Part shown: in pieces, positions 1 through 10,060 of the stretch
How the letters are laid out: each line of letters begins with the position of its first letter
Position numbering within the stretch: the first letter of the stretch is position 1
From: Patescibacteria group bacterium
Lineage (GTDB): Bacteria; Patescibacteriota; Patescibacteriia; JACRDY01
Assembly (NCBI GenBank): GCA_041671565.1
Contig: JBAZBH010000001.1
Span: 71,552 to 135,551 of the forward strand
DNA length: 64,000 bases
Reading direction: 5' to 3'
Notes under the pieces: generated by a model
What the model saw: only the letters and a program-made list of their open reading frames with translations
Told to the model about the DNA's origin: nothing
The model's database searches: none
Made by a program: the position numbers and the translations under genes

Positions 1-211
1 TTACCTGCCGCATGTTATGCAAGCGGTAAGAAATATCGATTTGTTTCAAAAGATAATCGCCGTTGCCTTCATCCAGGTCTTTAGCCGCGCCGGCGACAGC
101 CACGATGTCACAGTCGCCCATTAAACCCTCTTTTTCCAACCAACCACGAATCGCCGGCTGAAGACGGAAATCAATGCAATGGAGGACTAGGGAGGAACAA
201 TGATGTGACAT
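1..211 (-). CDS. Partial CDS (3' end runs off window); N-terminus MSHHCSSLVLHCIDFRLQPAIRGWLEKEGLMGDCDIVAVAGAAKDL, hypothetical (CxDxR motif)
   Basis: Own reverse-complement translation from the ATG at 209-211; open to the window edge. No recognisable family. Confidence 0.35.
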   Translation of the reverse strand, partial: MSHHCSSLVLHCIDFRLQPAIRGWLEKEGLMGDCDIVAVAGAAKDLDEGNGDYLLKQIDISYRLHNMRQV

Positions 212-243
212 AAACTTAAAAAAAATAATTATAATGATAGTAT

Positions 244-444
244 AGCTCAAAACTCAAAGCTCAAAAGTCCCCAGCATACGCGGGGCAGGCAAAACCACAA
301 GTCAAAAGGCAAAACTACAGTTCTTAACCTCTTATTCAAGAGATTTACTTATCCTCTTCTAATACCTTTAGTATCAAGTACCAAGAAGATTAAGTTTTTA
401 GCTTTGAGCTGTGGTTTTGACTTTTGAGCTTTGAGTTTTGAGTT
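244..444. repeat. Composite imperfect palindrome: arm agctcaaaactcaaagctcaaaagtc (244-269) versus gacttttgagctttgagttttgag (419-444), with a central GC hairpin ccccagcatacgcgggg
   Basis: Reverse-complement match of the arms read directly from the sequence. Confidence 0.7.
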
Positions 445-451
445 AAATAAT

Positions 452-880
452 CTACTGATGAGGTAAATCTCGATACTTTTTCTTTCTTACTACTTTCAGC
501 CGCGCCAATTCTTTTTCAATCTTCGCGGACAGACCGACAAATTCTTCGGTGTCAAACCGTTTTTCCGCCAGCAGTTTTTTGGCCCTTTCACGACCGGCTT
601 CGGCCCGGGCTTCGTCAATCTCTTCGGCGTGCTCAGCCGAGTCGGCAAGAATGGTCACTTTTTCCGGTCCCACCTCCACAAAACCGCCGGAAACCGCAAT
701 CGAAGTTTCTTTCCCGTCACTCACTATTTTTAATTCCCCCGGCAACAACGCCGACACTAGTGGCAGATGATGCGGCAAAACCGTAATCTCGCCCATTTTG
801 GTGGGAATACTTATCTGGTCCACCTCGGCGTCATAAACCGTCCGCTCCGGCGTGGTAATAATAAACTTTATCTTTGGCAT
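452..880 (-). CDS. atpC: F0F1 ATP synthase epsilon subunit
   Basis: 142-aa ORF; operon position after atpD; length and sequence typical of epsilon. Confidence 0.85.
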   Translation of the reverse strand: MPKIKFIITTPERTVYDAEVDQISIPTKMGEITVLPHHLPLVSALLPGELKIVSDGKETSIAVSGGFVEVGPEKVTILADSAEHAEEIDEARAEAGRERAKKLLAEKRFDTEEFVGLSAKIEKELARLKVVRKKKYRDLPHQ

Positions 881-882
881 AA

Positions 883-958
883 TTAACTCTTAGCTCTTAG
901 CCGATAGCTCATAGCGGTTAGGTCTTTCCTATCGGCTAAGAGCTATCGGCTATCGGCT
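883..958. repeat. Intergenic palindromic repeat, family A (ccgatagc/ctatcggct units)
   Basis: agctcttagccgatagc...ggctaagagctatcggctatcggct; related copies at 6050-6121 and 6640-6705. Confidence 0.7.
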
Positions 959-959
959 G

Positions 960-2333
<1,374 letters not shown>

Positions 2334-2518
2334 TTAGAATTATAATGAATTAAGCCCGCTCGTCTTCGCGAGCGGGTCCGCTCAAGCCCGAAGGGCTATG
2401 AGCGGAAATCAAGAATTAGGAATCAAGCTGACTTGACTGCCACTTCTTGCGCCTTAAACATTTGACTTTTCAAAGCTAACGGTGTTAAATAAGGACAAAC
2501 ATCCAACTGGAGGAAACC

Positions 2519-2854
2519 ATGCGCTTCAACCTTCAACAAACACTTCTCGTGGTTCTAGCGGTTTGCTATTTTACAATGCTCAGCACGACATTAATGGGTT
2601 ACTTCATGAAAGTCCAGTTACTCGAGGTGCCCAAATTTTGGCGCACTCGCCTCCAAACCGGCAAACCAGCGGAAAAAGCCGTCATCCTGGGCTTATCGCC
2701 AGTCTTGTTCCTCCTCGCTGCCTTGGCGGCTTGTTGCCCATTCATTCTCTTCTTAGGCGAAATCGCGTTCAAGGCCGTCGGAACCGGTTTTGCCTGGCTC
2801 TTTGAGAAAACCCAAGAAAAATTTTCCCCCTTCCTCGCGCAATTTACCGCCTGA
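2519..2854 (+). CDS. Small hydrophobic membrane protein (hypothetical), on the opposite strand inside the atp operon
   Basis: Strong SD in caactGGAGGaaaccATG; hydrophobic 111-aa product; intrinsic terminator directly downstream. Confidence 0.55.
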   Translation: MRFNLQQTLLVVLAVCYFTMLSTTLMGYFMKVQLLEVPKFWRTRLQTGKPAEKAVILGLSPVLFLLAALAACCPFILFLGEIAFKAVGTGFAWLFEKTQEKFSPFLAQFTA

Positions 2855-2880
2855 AAACCACCATTTACTCTCACCTTCAC

Positions 2881-2910
2881 GCCGCTCCACTCAGAGCGGT
2901 TTTTTCTTTT
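2881..2910 (+). terminator. Rho-independent terminator (ccgctc-cactca-gagcgg then T-run)
   Basis: Stem-loop followed by TTTTTT, read from the sequence. Confidence 0.6.
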
Positions 2911-2959
2911 GAAAGATCAAACAACCGGCAATTCTTAATTATTAATTTTTAATTCTTAA

Positions 2960-3880
2960 TTATTCTAGCGCCGCCTTACCGCTGGCAATCTCCGCAATCT
3001 CGGTGGTAATCGCCGCCTGCCGGGTTTGGTTATAGCTCAGCGTCAGATCGTCAATCATGTCGCTGGCCGCATCACTGGCGTTCCGCATCGCCGCCATCCG
3101 GGCGCTATGCTCAGCCGCGTTGCTTTCCAGCATCGCCTGATAAATCTGCACCTCAATCAGTCGTGGCAAAAGCTCATTCAATATCGTCTTAGCATTCGGC
3201 TCAAACAAATACTCCGTCCCCGTCTCCTGGTTTTTATGTTTTAATGTTTTCATGTTTTCATGGTTTGCCACCTGCCCCAACATTTCATCCGCCACCGACT
3301 CCAACGGCAACAACTGCTTTACCCGCGGGATTTGCCGTAAAACCGAAATAAAATCAGTGTAAACAATCACTATCCGATCATATTTTTCGGCCAAATAATC
3401 GCTTGTCACCATTTTGGACAGGAATCGAATGTCAGCCACTTCATTTAAAATATCAGCTTTCGGAAAATCAGCGACCACGGTATAGCCGAGTTTAAGGAGC
3501 GTTCTCGCGCCTTTACTGCCGAGCGACAAACAATCCACTGCCACTCCCCCGCTAGACTTCAACTTCTTAATATAATCAACTGCCAATTTTATCGCCTGCT
3601 GGTTAAATGACCCGCACAAACCGCGATTGGAAGTGACCAAAATCACGGCCACGCGCTTGATCTTTTCTCTCGGCAAAAGGAGCGGGTGCAATTTAACCTT
3701 GGTTTTCTTCGCGACATCCAAAATCATTTCCCAAGCCAAGGTGGAATACGGCCGGGTCGCCAAAACACCGTTCACCGCGCGGCGCATTTTGGAAGATGCC
3801 ACCATTTCCATCGCCTTGGTGATTTTTTTGGTATTATGGATTGATTTGATCCGTCGCCGGATATCGCGAGTGCTGGGCAT
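2960..3880 (-). CDS. atpG: F0F1 ATP synthase gamma subunit
   Basis: 306 aa; N-terminus RDIRRRIKSIHNTKKITKAMEMVASSKMRRA typical of gamma. Confidence 0.9.
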   Translation of the reverse strand: MPSTRDIRRRIKSIHNTKKITKAMEMVASSKMRRAVNGVLATRPYSTLAWEMILDVAKKTKVKLHPLLLPREKIKRVAVILVTSNRGLCGSFNQQAIKLAVDYIKKLKSSGGVAVDCLSLGSKGARTLLKLGYTVVADFPKADILNEVADIRFLSKMVTSDYLAEKYDRIVIVYTDFISVLRQIPRVKQLLPLESVADEMLGQVANHENMKTLKHKNQETGTEYLFEPNAKTILNELLPRLIEVQIYQAMLESNAAEHSARMAAMRNASDAASDMIDDLTLSYNQTRQAAITTEIAEIASGKAALE

Positions 3881-3927
3881 AGGTAGGTTGTTAGGTCGAT
3901 AGGTCGTTAAGTTGTTAGGTTACAAAA

Positions 3928-5448
3928 TTATTTAATTAAATAATCTAAAGTGGCGCGGTAGTCTTCAATGGCTTGCTTGAGACCGGCGGCGATTTCGTCG
4001 GTTAGTTCTTTTTTAGCAACAATTTCGGTCAGGATTTTCTTGCCGCTGGTTGCTAAGTACTTGTGCAAACCGGCTTCAAACTCGGCCACCTTCTCCAGCG
4101 GCACATCGTCCAAATAGCCGTTAATGCCGGCGTAAATGATCGCCACCTGATTTTCCACCGCCAGCGGCTCGTATTGGCCCTGTTTTAACACTTCCTGCAT
4201 GCGCTGGCCGCGGTTTAGCTGCTTTCTTGTGCTTTCATCCAAATCCGAGCCAAACTGGGCAAAAGCGGCCAATTCGCGATATTGCGCCATATCCAGTTTT
4301 AGTTTGCCCGCCACCTTTTTCATGGCTTTAATCTGGGCAGCTGAACCGACGCGTGAAACCGACAAACCGGTGTTCAAGGCCGGCCGGATGCCTTGGTAAA
4401 ACAAATCGCTTTCCAAATAAATCTGGCCGTCGGTAATGGAAATGACATTGGTCGGAATATAAGCGGAGACATCGCCGGCTTGGGTTTCAATAATCGGCAA
4501 AGCGGTCAAACTGCCGCCGCCGTAATTTTTGTTCAATTTCGCGGCGCGCTCCAAAAGCCGTGAATGGAGATAAAAAACATCGCCCGGATAAGCCTCACGA
4601 CCCGGCGGCCGGCGGAGAAGAAGTGAAATCTGGCGATAAGCCACCGCGTGCTTGGAAAGGTCGTCATAAACCACCAGCGCGTCTTTGCCCTGATCCATAA
4701 AATATTCACCCATGGCACAACCGGCGTAAGGCGCGATAAACGACAACGCCGCCGGATCCGACGCGCCAGCGAGGACCACAATAGTGTATTCCAGAGCGCC
4801 GCGCTTTTCCAATTCGGCGACAATCCGCGCTACTTTCGACTCTTTCTGACTAATCGCCACATATATACAAACCATGTCCTGGCCCTTTTGATTAATAATG
4901 GCGTCAATCGCCACCGCGGTCTTGCCGGTCTGGCGGTCGCCGATAATCAGTTCTCGTTGGCCGCGGCCGATTGGAATCATGCTGTCAATCGCCTTAATGC
5001 CGGTCTGCACCGGCTGAGTAACGGCTTGGCGGGTAATGACGCGCGGCGCGATTTTTTCCACCGGATAAAAAGCGGCGGCCTTAATCTCGCCTTTGCCGTC
5101 GAGCGGCCGGCCCAATGGATCCACCACGCGGCCAACCATGCCCGGACCGACCGGCACTTCCAAAATCCGGCCCGTGGTTTTGACTGTATCGCCTTCTTTG
5201 ATTTCCAAATAATCACCAAGGACAATGGCGCCGACACTGTCTTCTTCCAAGTTCAATGCCAGACCAAAAATGTTATTGGGAAATTCCAACATTTCGCCGG
5301 ACATACAGTCGGCTAGGCCGGAAATGCGGGCGATACCATCGCCAATTTCCACCACCGTGCCGGTTTTTTCCACTTTGGCGCCGGCCTGAAAATCGGCAAT
5401 CTGTTGTTTAAGAGTTTCGATGATGTAATCTTTGGTTGAGGTTGACAT
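3928..5448 (-). CDS. atpA: F0F1 ATP synthase alpha subunit
   Basis: Walker A GDRQTGKT; 506 aa. Confidence 0.95.
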   Translation of the reverse strand: MSTSTKDYIIETLKQQIADFQAGAKVEKTGTVVEIGDGIARISGLADCMSGEMLEFPNNIFGLALNLEEDSVGAIVLGDYLEIKEGDTVKTTGRILEVPVGPGMVGRVVDPLGRPLDGKGEIKAAAFYPVEKIAPRVITRQAVTQPVQTGIKAIDSMIPIGRGQRELIIGDRQTGKTAVAIDAIINQKGQDMVCIYVAISQKESKVARIVAELEKRGALEYTIVVLAGASDPAALSFIAPYAGCAMGEYFMDQGKDALVVYDDLSKHAVAYRQISLLLRRPPGREAYPGDVFYLHSRLLERAAKLNKNYGGGSLTALPIIETQAGDVSAYIPTNVISITDGQIYLESDLFYQGIRPALNTGLSVSRVGSAAQIKAMKKVAGKLKLDMAQYRELAAFAQFGSDLDESTRKQLNRGQRMQEVLKQGQYEPLAVENQVAIIYAGINGYLDDVPLEKVAEFEAGLHKYLATSGKKILTEIVAKKELTDEIAAGLKQAIEDYRATLDYLIK

Positions 5449-5461
5449 ATTATTTTTATAT

Positions 5462-5632
5462 TTAGATTATATAATTTATAGATTAAGACGCTAGTAAAAC
5501 TTAATTAAAAATCCAAAGTTCAAAGTGCAAAGTTCAAATCAAGTTCAAAGGCCAAAACTCTGGCACCTTTTGATCTTTGGACTTGATTTGAACTTTGAAC
5601 TTAGGGTTTTGAACTTTAAACTGCGTTAAAAC
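5462..5632. repeat. Intergenic palindrome of caaagttcaaag-type tandem units
   Basis: ccaaagttcaaagtgcaaagttcaaatcaagttcaaagg versus ctttggacttgatttgaactttgaactt. Confidence 0.65.
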
Positions 5633-5636
5633 GGCT

Positions 5637-6041
5637 TTACTCTATCAATCGCTGTTTCAGAAGCTCTAATCTAGTCTTCAAACTCGCATCCAAAACCTCG
5701 TCCCCGATTTTGACCACCAGCCCGCCAATCAGCGTCGAGTCTTCAATCGCGGTTAAATCAACTTCCTTAACTTTATGAATTTTCTTGATTTTATCGGCCA
5801 ATTCTTTTAACTCCGCGCCGGTCAGCTTTCTCGCCGAAATCACTGCCGCCGCCAAAATGCCGTTCTGTAAGTCACTATAACGGTTAAATTCAAAGATTAT
5901 CTTCGGCGCCAAGCGCAGGCCCTTGTTTTTTGCCAGTACCTTAACAAAGTTAGCGATATTCAGGCTAACCTGTTTTTTGTCCAGACCCGCCAGACTTTCG
6001 GCTAATGACCGGGCATATTTTTTCGGACTAATCTTCTTCAT
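5637..6041 (-). CDS. atpH: F0F1 ATP synthase delta (OSCP) subunit
   Basis: 134 aa; operon position between atpF and atpA. Confidence 0.75.
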   Translation of the reverse strand: MKKISPKKYARSLAESLAGLDKKQVSLNIANFVKVLAKNKGLRLAPKIIFEFNRYSDLQNGILAAAVISARKLTGAELKELADKIKKIHKVKEVDLTAIEDSTLIGGLVVKIGDEVLDASLKTRLELLKQRLIE

Positions 6042-6049
6042 AAATCAGC

Positions 6050-6121
6050 TCGTAGCTCTTAGCCGATAGCCCATAGCAGTTAGGTTTTTCCTATCGGCTA
6101 TCCGCTATCGGCTATCGGCTG
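6050..6121. repeat. Intergenic palindromic repeat, family A copy
   Basis: ctcttagccgatagcccatagc...cctatcggctatccgctatcggctatcggct. Confidence 0.7.
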
Positions 6122-6619
6122 TTATTTTATCTCCTTCAACGCCGCCTCAATCACCTTTTTATCAACTTCCTTAGTCAGAGCTGACGCCAAAACCTTGCTG
6201 GTTACCGCTACTACCAAATCCGCCACTTCACTTTTGAGTTCAGCCGAGAGCTTAGTTTTGTCAGCCGCCAGTTGTTCTTTGCCTTTCTGAACGATTTTTT
6301 CCACTTCCACTTTCGCTTTCTGCGCCGTTTCCTGTTTATTAACTTCCGCTTCTTGGCGCGCCTGCTCTAGAAAAGCCGCGGCTTCGGTCTTAGTGGCTTT
6401 AAGTATTGCCGCTCGTTCGCTGTCGGTCGCGGTCATCTTTTCTTCAATCGCCTTAGCGTCTTGCAGGCTTTTATCGATTTTTGCGGTCCGTTCATTCATG
6501 ATCTTCTGGAGCGGCTTCAACGCAAACTGCCACAAAACTCCCAAAACAATCAGAAAATTAACGATTTGGGCAATAATCAGTTTAAGGTCGAGGTGGAAGG
6601 TTTCGATCAGGGCGTCCAT
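6122..6619 (-). CDS. atpF: F0F1 ATP synthase subunit b
   Basis: Probable start MDALIETFHLDLKLIIAQIVNFLIVLG (TM helix then coiled coil). The longer ORF to 6646 overlaps the upstream palindrome. Confidence 0.75.
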   Translation of the reverse strand: MDALIETFHLDLKLIIAQIVNFLIVLGVLWQFALKPLQKIMNERTAKIDKSLQDAKAIEEKMTATDSERAAILKATKTEAAAFLEQARQEAEVNKQETAQKAKVEVEKIVQKGKEQLAADKTKLSAELKSEVADLVVAVTSKVLASALTKEVDKKVIEAALKEIK

Positions 6620-6639
6620 ATATTCAGCGGATAGCCGAT

Positions 6640-6705
6640 AGCGCATAGCGGATAGCGATCCGTTCCTAACGGCTATCGGCTATCTGCTATCGGCTAATTT
6701 AATTT
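6640..6705. repeat. Intergenic palindromic repeat, family A-like
   Basis: cggatagccgatagcgcatagcggatagc...ctaacggctatcggctatctgctatcggct. Confidence 0.65.
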
Positions 6706-6762
6706 TTAACCTCGAAGGACTAACCCGGGTTTAACCGCCGTTAATCCTCCGTTCGTCAAAAA

Positions 6763-6999
<237 letters not shown>

Positions 7000-7061
7000 T
7001 TAGACTATTTATTTTTTCTTTTAAAGTCGGCTGACGATGAAAATTAATTATTATTTAGTTA

Positions 7062-7150
7062 TATGGCTTTATGGTTCTATGGTTTTATGGTTTTATGGTT
7101 AGGTGGCGTTTATCAACCCTTAACCATAAAGCCATAAAACCATATAACCA
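7062..7150. repeat. Intergenic palindromic repeat, family B (atggttttatggtt ... ccataaagccataaa)
   Basis: Related copies at 22317-22400 and 44938-45016. Confidence 0.7.
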
Positions 7151-7154
7151 TTTT

Positions 7155-8048
7155 TTAATGTTCTTCCGCCGTGGTGGCAATCGTCAAATAAACCAAGGTT
7201 AAAATGGAAAAAATCAGCGCCTGAATCAAACCGACGATAATCTCCAAAAACATAAACGGAATCGGCAGGATAAAAGCGAATAACGCCGCCATCGAGGTCA
7301 GGAGCACTTCGCCGGCAAAAATGTTGCCGAATAACCGGAAAGAGAGCGACGCCACCTTGGCCATTTCACCGATGATTTCCACGATACCGACAAAGGCTTT
7401 AATCGGATTGACCAGTATCACCGCCGGATCTTTGACAATTTTCCCCGGAATTTCCAAGAAAGCTTTGATATTTATAAACTTATTGAGATATTTCCACCAG
7501 CCAATCATGATCACGCCGGCAATGTGCGAGCCGACTACCGCCAAAAGCGCGAGCGCGAGAGTGGTGTTAAGATCAGCCGTGCCACCGCGGAAAAACGGGA
7601 TAAAGATCGACTCCCCGCCATGAATCTCCTGAAAACCAATCGTGCCGACGCCAGGCAACATGCCTAGCCAGTTATTGACTAAAATAAACAAAAATAAGGC
7701 AAAAACAATCGGAAAAAACTTCTGCGACTTTGACCGGCTACCGGTGACTGTATCGCAAAGGTCCAGCGCGCCATCGATGATAAATTCAAAAAAGTTCTGC
7801 AGGCCGCGGGGTATTTGCCGCAGGCGGGTTCTTAAAACCAAAGCCAGGACCGCCAAAATTAGCACCACCGCCCAAGAATTAATCAGCGAATTGGTAATGG
7901 TAAATTTACCGACCGTCAAAACCGGCTCGGCAAACAAAGTCGTTTCCTGACTGCCGGTGGAAGTTTCTGTTTCCCGGCCAACCGGAGCAACGGCGTTTTG
8001 GCTGTTCAAAACTGCCGCCGCGGCTGAATTTTCCAAATTAGCGCTCAT
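7155..8048 (-). CDS. atpB: F0F1 ATP synthase subunit a
   Basis: Contains LSFRLFGNIFAGE with the conserved Arg. Start taken at the internal Met MSANLENS; the longer ORF to 8150 overlaps atpZ. Confidence 0.85.
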   Translation of the reverse strand: MSANLENSAAAAVLNSQNAVAPVGRETETSTGSQETTLFAEPVLTVGKFTITNSLINSWAVVLILAVLALVLRTRLRQIPRGLQNFFEFIIDGALDLCDTVTGSRSKSQKFFPIVFALFLFILVNNWLGMLPGVGTIGFQEIHGGESIFIPFFRGGTADLNTTLALALLAVVGSHIAGVIMIGWWKYLNKFINIKAFLEIPGKIVKDPAVILVNPIKAFVGIVEIIGEMAKVASLSFRLFGNIFAGEVLLTSMAALFAFILPIPFMFLEIIVGLIQALIFSILTLVYLTIATTAEEH

Positions 8049-8328
8049 GATTTTTATCTTTTGTCTTATCAACTGGTTTAAACTCCTCCATTTGCTTGAT
8101 GGCCTTGCCGCCCTCGCGGACAATGCCGACGGTAGAGATAATAAAGGCAATAAGAACGGCGCCTAAGTAACCCCACGGTTCGAGCCCGTATTTCTGATCT
8201 AACCAATCGCCCAAAAATATCGCTAAAACAATCGGTCCGGCAATCCAACCGCTGAGCTGGAAAAAAAGAATTAATGACGGCTGCCACCAGGGTTTTTCGT
8301 CGTTTTTTTTAGGTTCAAGCTCAGTCAT
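8038..8328 (-). CDS. ATP synthase protein I / AtpZ-like small membrane protein
   Basis: Two TM helices; first gene of the atp operon; start taken at MTELEPKK. Confidence 0.5.
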   Translation of the reverse strand: MTELEPKKNDEKPWWQPSLILFFQLSGWIAGPIVLAIFLGDWLDQKYGLEPWGYLGAVLIAFIISTVGIVREGGKAIKQMEEFKPVDKTKDKNHER

Positions 8329-8359
8329 ATTTATCCACAGAGACCGACTAAAAAGCACC

Positions 8360-8392
8360 AATATTATATATGATTAGAGAATATCGGTCAAT
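8360..8392 (-). promoter_or_regulatory. Sigma70-like promoter for the atp operon (TTGACC, 17 bp spacer, TATAAT on the minus strand)
   Basis: Minus-strand read ttgaccgatattctctaatcatatataat, about 30 nt upstream of the atpZ start. Confidence 0.5.
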
Positions 8393-8499
8393 AAAAAATT
8401 TTGATAATTTTGCCTTAAATTTATTTGACAAAACTTTACTAAATTTGGGAAATAGCCTTATTTCCGAACCCAACCTTGCTATAAAAACCGCCTTGTGAA

Positions 8500-9060
8500 A
8501 TAATAAAATTACCTGCATGAGCATCGCCGAGATTGGCCGACGCACAATGCGTTCAGCCAGAAAAAGCGCCATCTCCCCGGTGGCGCTAGTCCGGTCGCTT
8601 TTCGATCATTCGCGACGCTTTTCAAACCCCAGCGATCGGCTCTCGGCTCCGTACCGGGCGACGCGGTGGACCCACACCACCGCGTCGCCGTCCTTCTTCT
8701 TCGCACACTTCACAAAAATGGCAAAGCAGACGGAGATCTGGGCCTGAAATAACTCAGGCTTTGGGTTACAAGGCGCCGTTTGCTTTGCCACTCTTCTTAT
8801 TTTATGGCAGCCACAATCAGACTCCCTAGCGAGTCCTCCCAGCGGCTGTCTTTTTTTATTTCAGCACACCTCTACCACTTAGATACTCTAACTAATCCAG
8901 CAAGGGGTCCGGGGTGTCCGCCAGTTGGCGGACCGAACTGAGCCGACCGGACTGGTGGTAGTTAACAGATGTTGCGTCAGAAGAGAAGCTGGGGCTAGAA
9001 CCAAGGAAACCGAAGCACAGGCGAGGACGAAAATAATTTAAAGGATTTATTTAGTTAATT
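8500..9060. ncRNA. GC-rich, highly structured non-coding region; candidate structured RNA of unknown class
   Basis: No credible ORF. Contains a 13-bp perfect hairpin (ggcgacgcggtgg...ccaccgcgtcgcc, about 8668-8700) and a 14-bp stem (ggcaaagcagacgg...ccgtttgctttgcc, about 8718-8790). GC well above the flanks. Confidence 0.2.
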
Positions 9061-9062
9061 AA

Positions 9063-9095
9063 AACAACGGGGCAGATGCCCCGTTACTCCGCTAT
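9063..9095 (-). terminator. Intrinsic terminator for tatD with a conserved flank (minus sense atagcggagtaacg, hairpin, gtttt)
   Basis: Hairpin aacggggcagatgccccgtt; the same flanking motif with a compensatory stem is at 49826-49859. Confidence 0.55.
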
Positions 9096-9108
9096 ATAAC
9101 TTTCTAAA

Positions 9109-9984
9109 TTAAGCGAGTCTAAACAACTCCTTGGTATTTTTGAAAGTCTCCGCCGCCACTTCTGCCAAGCTCAAACCTTTTAACTCGGCGACTTTCTCGG
9201 CCACGAACTCCACAAAAGCCGGCTCGTTGCGCGTCCCCCGATGCGGCTCAGGCGCGAGAAACGGCGCGTCGGTTTCCACCAAAATCCGGTCTAAAGGCAA
9301 CTCTTTAACAATCGCCTGCAGTTCAACCGCCTTTTTAAAAGTAACAATCCCGGTAAAACCGACGAAAAATCCCAATGCCACAAACTTTTTCGCCTGTTCC
9401 ATGTTCCCGCCAAAACAATGAATCACGCCTCTGATTCTTGATTCTTGATTCTTGATTCTTGATTCTAATATCCCCAACAAATCGTCATAAGCGCCATACG
9501 GCTCGCCCTTATTCCCCCGGCAATGCAACACCAACGGCAAGTCCAGTTCCCCGGCCAGTTTAATAAACCCGGCCAAGGTCTCCCGCTGAACTTTCTTAAT
9601 TTCTTCAGCCGGCAGTTTATTCTCGCCAAAATAGTAATAATCCAGACCCACCTCCCCGATGCCCACCACTTTCTCTGACGACAAAGCCAATTCTTTATAT
9701 TTGTTATAATCAAACTTTTCTTGCTTGGTGACAAACTTGTATTCTTCGCCGTTAAAAGTGGCCGACTCGGTGATGTCGCCGGTCAGATGAATCGGGTGCA
9801 GACCAACCACAGCATAAACGCCTTCCGGATATTTTTCCGCGATTTTGATGCTCCGCGCCGAAGTGGAAAGCTGCGAACCGATATTGATCAGCCAAATCCC
9901 TTTACTTAAAGACCGCCGGATCACTTCCTCGGCGTCGTCTTTGTAGGCGTTGAAATTGATGTGGCAGTGAGAGTCAAACAACAT
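9109..9984 (-). CDS. tatD: TatD family metal-dependent hydrolase/DNase
   Basis: Start at the conserved MLFDSHCH motif. The upstream ORF extension to 10008 is encoded by the hairpin repeat and is likely spurious. Confidence 0.85.
   Translation of the reverse strand: MLFDSHCHINFNAYKDDAEEVIRRSLSKGIWLINIGSQLSTSARSIKIAEKYPEGVYAVVGLHPIHLTGDITESATFNGEEYKFVTKQEKFDYNKYKELALSSEKVVGIGEVGLDYYYFGENKLPAEEIKKVQRETLAGFIKLAGELDLPLVLHCRGNKGEPYGAYDDLLGILESRIKNQESRIRGVIHCFGGNMEQAKKFVALGFFVGFTGIVTFKKAVELQAIVKELPLDRILVETDAPFLAPEPHRGTRNEPAFVEFVAEKVAELKGLSLAEVAAETFKNTKELFRLA
9433..9472. repeat. Tandem heptanucleotide microsatellite (gattctt about 5.5 copies) inside the tatD coding sequence
   Basis: Direct read ctgattcttgattcttgattcttgattcttgattcta; encodes ESRIKNQESRIR in a loop before GVIHCFGG. 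Confidence 0.9.
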
Positions 9985-10057
9985 ACACAGATTGGCACAG
10001 ATTAACACAGATACTCACAGATCCGTGCTAATCTGTGTTAATCTGTGTAAATCTGTG
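9985..10057. repeat. CACAGAT-unit hairpin: 3 direct units then 3 inverted units
   Basis: acacagattggcacagattaacacagatactcacagatccgtgctaatctgtgttaatctgtgtaaatctgtgcc; same architecture at 11717-11778 and 39213-39287. Confidence 0.85.
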
Positions 10058-10060
10058 CCG

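Noticed and set aside
2482-2805. Alternative 107-aa plus ORF overlapping the 2519-2854 gene.
   Set aside because: The 2519 frame has a perfect GGAGG SD and a hydrophobic product; the 2482 frame gives a low-complexity polar product with no SD.
7155-8150. Long form of atpB starting at 8150, and long form of atpZ starting at 8361.
   Set aside because: The upstream residues are non-conserved and overlap the neighbouring gene; the internal Met starts give canonical N-termini.
8500-9060. Calling this region tmRNA, RNase P RNA or SRP RNA.
   Set aside because: No tRNA-like T-arm/acceptor or ANDENYALAA-type tag frame, no RNase P CR-I to CR-V strings, and no SRP domain IV GGAAGCAGC motif on either strand. 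Left as unclassified.
9985-10008. N-terminal extension of tatD (MLICANLC...) given by the ORF track.
   Set aside because: The extension is encoded by the CACAGAT hairpin; the conserved TatD start MLFDSHCH is at 9984.
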